Translations under genes and position numbers: made by a program
Shown here: in pieces, positions 37,752-38,900 of the stretch
Layout: every line of letters begins with the position of its first letter
Numbering within the stretch: the first letter of the stretch is position 1
Source of the DNA: an uncultured Gemmatimonadales bacterium
Lineage (GTDB): Bacteria > Gemmatimonadota > Gemmatimonadetes > Longimicrobiales > Gaopeijiaceae
Reading direction: 5' to 3'
DNA length: 38,900 nt
NCBI GenBank assembly: GCA_963809895.1
Contig: CAWELD010000006.1
Coordinates: 1-38,900, forward strand
The notes under the pieces: generated by a model
Seen by the model: only the letters and a program-made list of their open reading frames with translations
Databases searched by the model: none
Told to the model about the DNA's origin: nothing

Positions 37752-38900
37752 ATGCACCGAAAGGCGGAGGGTGGCCGGACTTGTCGATTCGTCGTTCGCG
37801 CCGTCCTCCTGCTTCTGACAACGACGGCATGTGCACCGCAGGCCGACTCCAGCGGGGCCTCAGATCCGTCCACTCCGGAGTGGACGATCGGCGACACTCC
37901 GTTCTTCTCGGTCGGGGTCGGCGAAGGCCCGTTGGCGTTTTCCGGGATTCGAGGTGGGCGGTTTCTCGGCAGTGGGAAGTTCGCTGTTGCCGACGCCGGA
38001 TCGAGCACCGTGTTCATTTTCGATGAAGACGGGCGGGTGGCCGGCCGGATGGGAGGGCGAGGCGAGGGGCCATCGGAGTTCCAGGGGATCGCGAGCCTGC
38101 ACGCATGGGGGCTTGACTCGTTGTCAGTGTATGACGCCGTTCAGAGGCGCGTCACCGTCCTGGATCCTCTCTCGGGCTCGGCACGCGTCATTCCCTTGAG
38201 CAATCTCTCGGGAATCCCCCCGTACGCGGTGGCGCCCTTCCGTGACGGCCTGGTGGTCATAACCGGCACTTCCATTGCTCCCGGTTCCCTTCAAGCGGGT
38301 CGCCAGCGGGTTGAGGGCGACTTGGTCCTCTATGCGCCCCCGGAATGGGAGCCCCATACCATCACCACCCTCCCCACTCAGGAAATCTACGTCTCCGAGC
38401 AAGGAGGCTTCGCATTTCCCGCGTTACCGTCTCGGACGCTCCTTGCTGTGATGGATGATGCGATCCTCGTCTCACGCGGTGAGAGCCCTGAGATTGAGGT
38501 CATCCGCATGGATGGCGGGGGGCGGACGACGTGGACGTTCCCAGCCCTTCGCCTCTCCCTGGCTCAGCCAGTTGCCGGCCGCGTCCGGGACTCGCTCGTG
38601 GCCACCGCTCCCAACCGAGTACGTATGGAGCGGACGCTGGAGATCGTTCCCCTGCCGGACAGCTTGGGCGGCATCGGGGAGTTGGTGCTGGGAAGCGGCA
38701 GCCCGGAAGGACCATTGTTGGTGACCTCGATGTCCGTTCCCGGAATCCCGGACCGTACCTGGATGGCCATCAACCCGGATGGCGCGGTTATCGGGAGGTT
38801 CAATGCACCGCGGGACCTGTCGGTTCTGGACATCCGGGGAGACCGACTGCTGGTGGTTCGGAGAAACGATCTGGATGTTGAGCGCCTGGAGCTCCTGGAG
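37752..38900 (+). CDS. 6-bladed beta-propeller lipoprotein, 3'-partial (absent from the ORF track because there is no stop in the window)
   Basis: Hand translation from ATG 37752: MHRKAEGGRTCRFVVRAVLLLLTTTAC (lipobox), FAVADAGSSTVFIFDEDGRVAGRMGGRGEGPSEFQ, DSLSVYDAVQRRVTVLDP, and at the end VLDIRGDRLLVVRRNDLDVERLELLE. Confidence 0.88.
   Translation, partial: MHRKAEGGRTCRFVVRAVLLLLTTTACAPQADSSGASDPSTPEWTIGDTPFFSVGVGEGPLAFSGIRGGRFLGSGKFAVADAGSSTVFIFDEDGRVAGRMGGRGEGPSEFQGIASLHAWGLDSLSVYDAVQRRVTVLDPLSGSARVIPLSNLSGIPPYAVAPFRDGLVVITGTSIAPGSLQAGRQRVEGDLVLYAPPEWEPHTITTLPTQEIYVSEQGGFAFPALPSRTLLAVMDDAILVSRGESPEIEVIRMDGGGRTTWTFPALRLSLAQPVAGRVRDSLVATAPNRVRMERTLEIVPLPDSLGGIGELVLGSGSPEGPLLVTSMSVPGIPDRTWMAINPDGAVIGRFNAPRDLSVLDIRGDRLLVVRRNDLDVERLELLE

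Noticed and set aside
37515..38900. Single long protein with a Cys-rich N-terminus fused to the propeller
   Set aside because: An internal lipoprotein signal at 37752 and a better signal peptide in the adjacent frame favour two genes. The upstream DACCSRC cysteines are the shifted reading of Ala codons. Not fully excluded.
1..38900. CRISPR array, tRNA/rRNA, IS element, prophage or known anti-phage system
   Set aside because: No regularly spaced repeats, RNA gene signatures, transposase, integrase or phage genes recognised by eye. The STAND protein has a transcription-regulator architecture rather than an Avs-type effector.

Overview
GC-rich bacterial accessory region, probably Gemmatimonadota. 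This is inferred from the PadR plus orphan duplicated ABC permease (ADOP-type) genes and the many GxGPxEF 6-bladed beta-propeller proteins. It is a compositional mosaic. The two visibly less GC-rich flanks (about 1-8.2 kb and about 29.8-38.9 kb) carry signalling and secreted genes, many frameshifted or truncated: a membrane HD-GYP protein, a STAND/SARP-like ATPase-TPR regulator, two AraC-like regulators, beta-propellers and an M28 peptidase. The very GC-rich core (about 8.3-29.7 kb) holds mostly intact genes: three ADOP permeases, two MBL hydrolases, two MOSC proteins, SRPBCC, DinB, a CPBP-like protein, two amidohydrolases, a nitrilase/Cys-Met PLP lyase fusion, a stand-alone CTP-synthase-like GATase, and PadR, CGNR/ABATE and TetR regulators. 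Two signals stand out and neither is in the ORF track. (1) A conserved AT-rich palindromic element (CTAACC-N11-GGTTAG core) occurs three times in intergenic DNA and is a candidate operator for a CGNR/ABATE regulon. (2) An 8-cysteine secreted mini-peptide is hidden across a frameshift between beta-propeller genes. I saw no rRNA, tRNA, CRISPR array, integrase or transposase.
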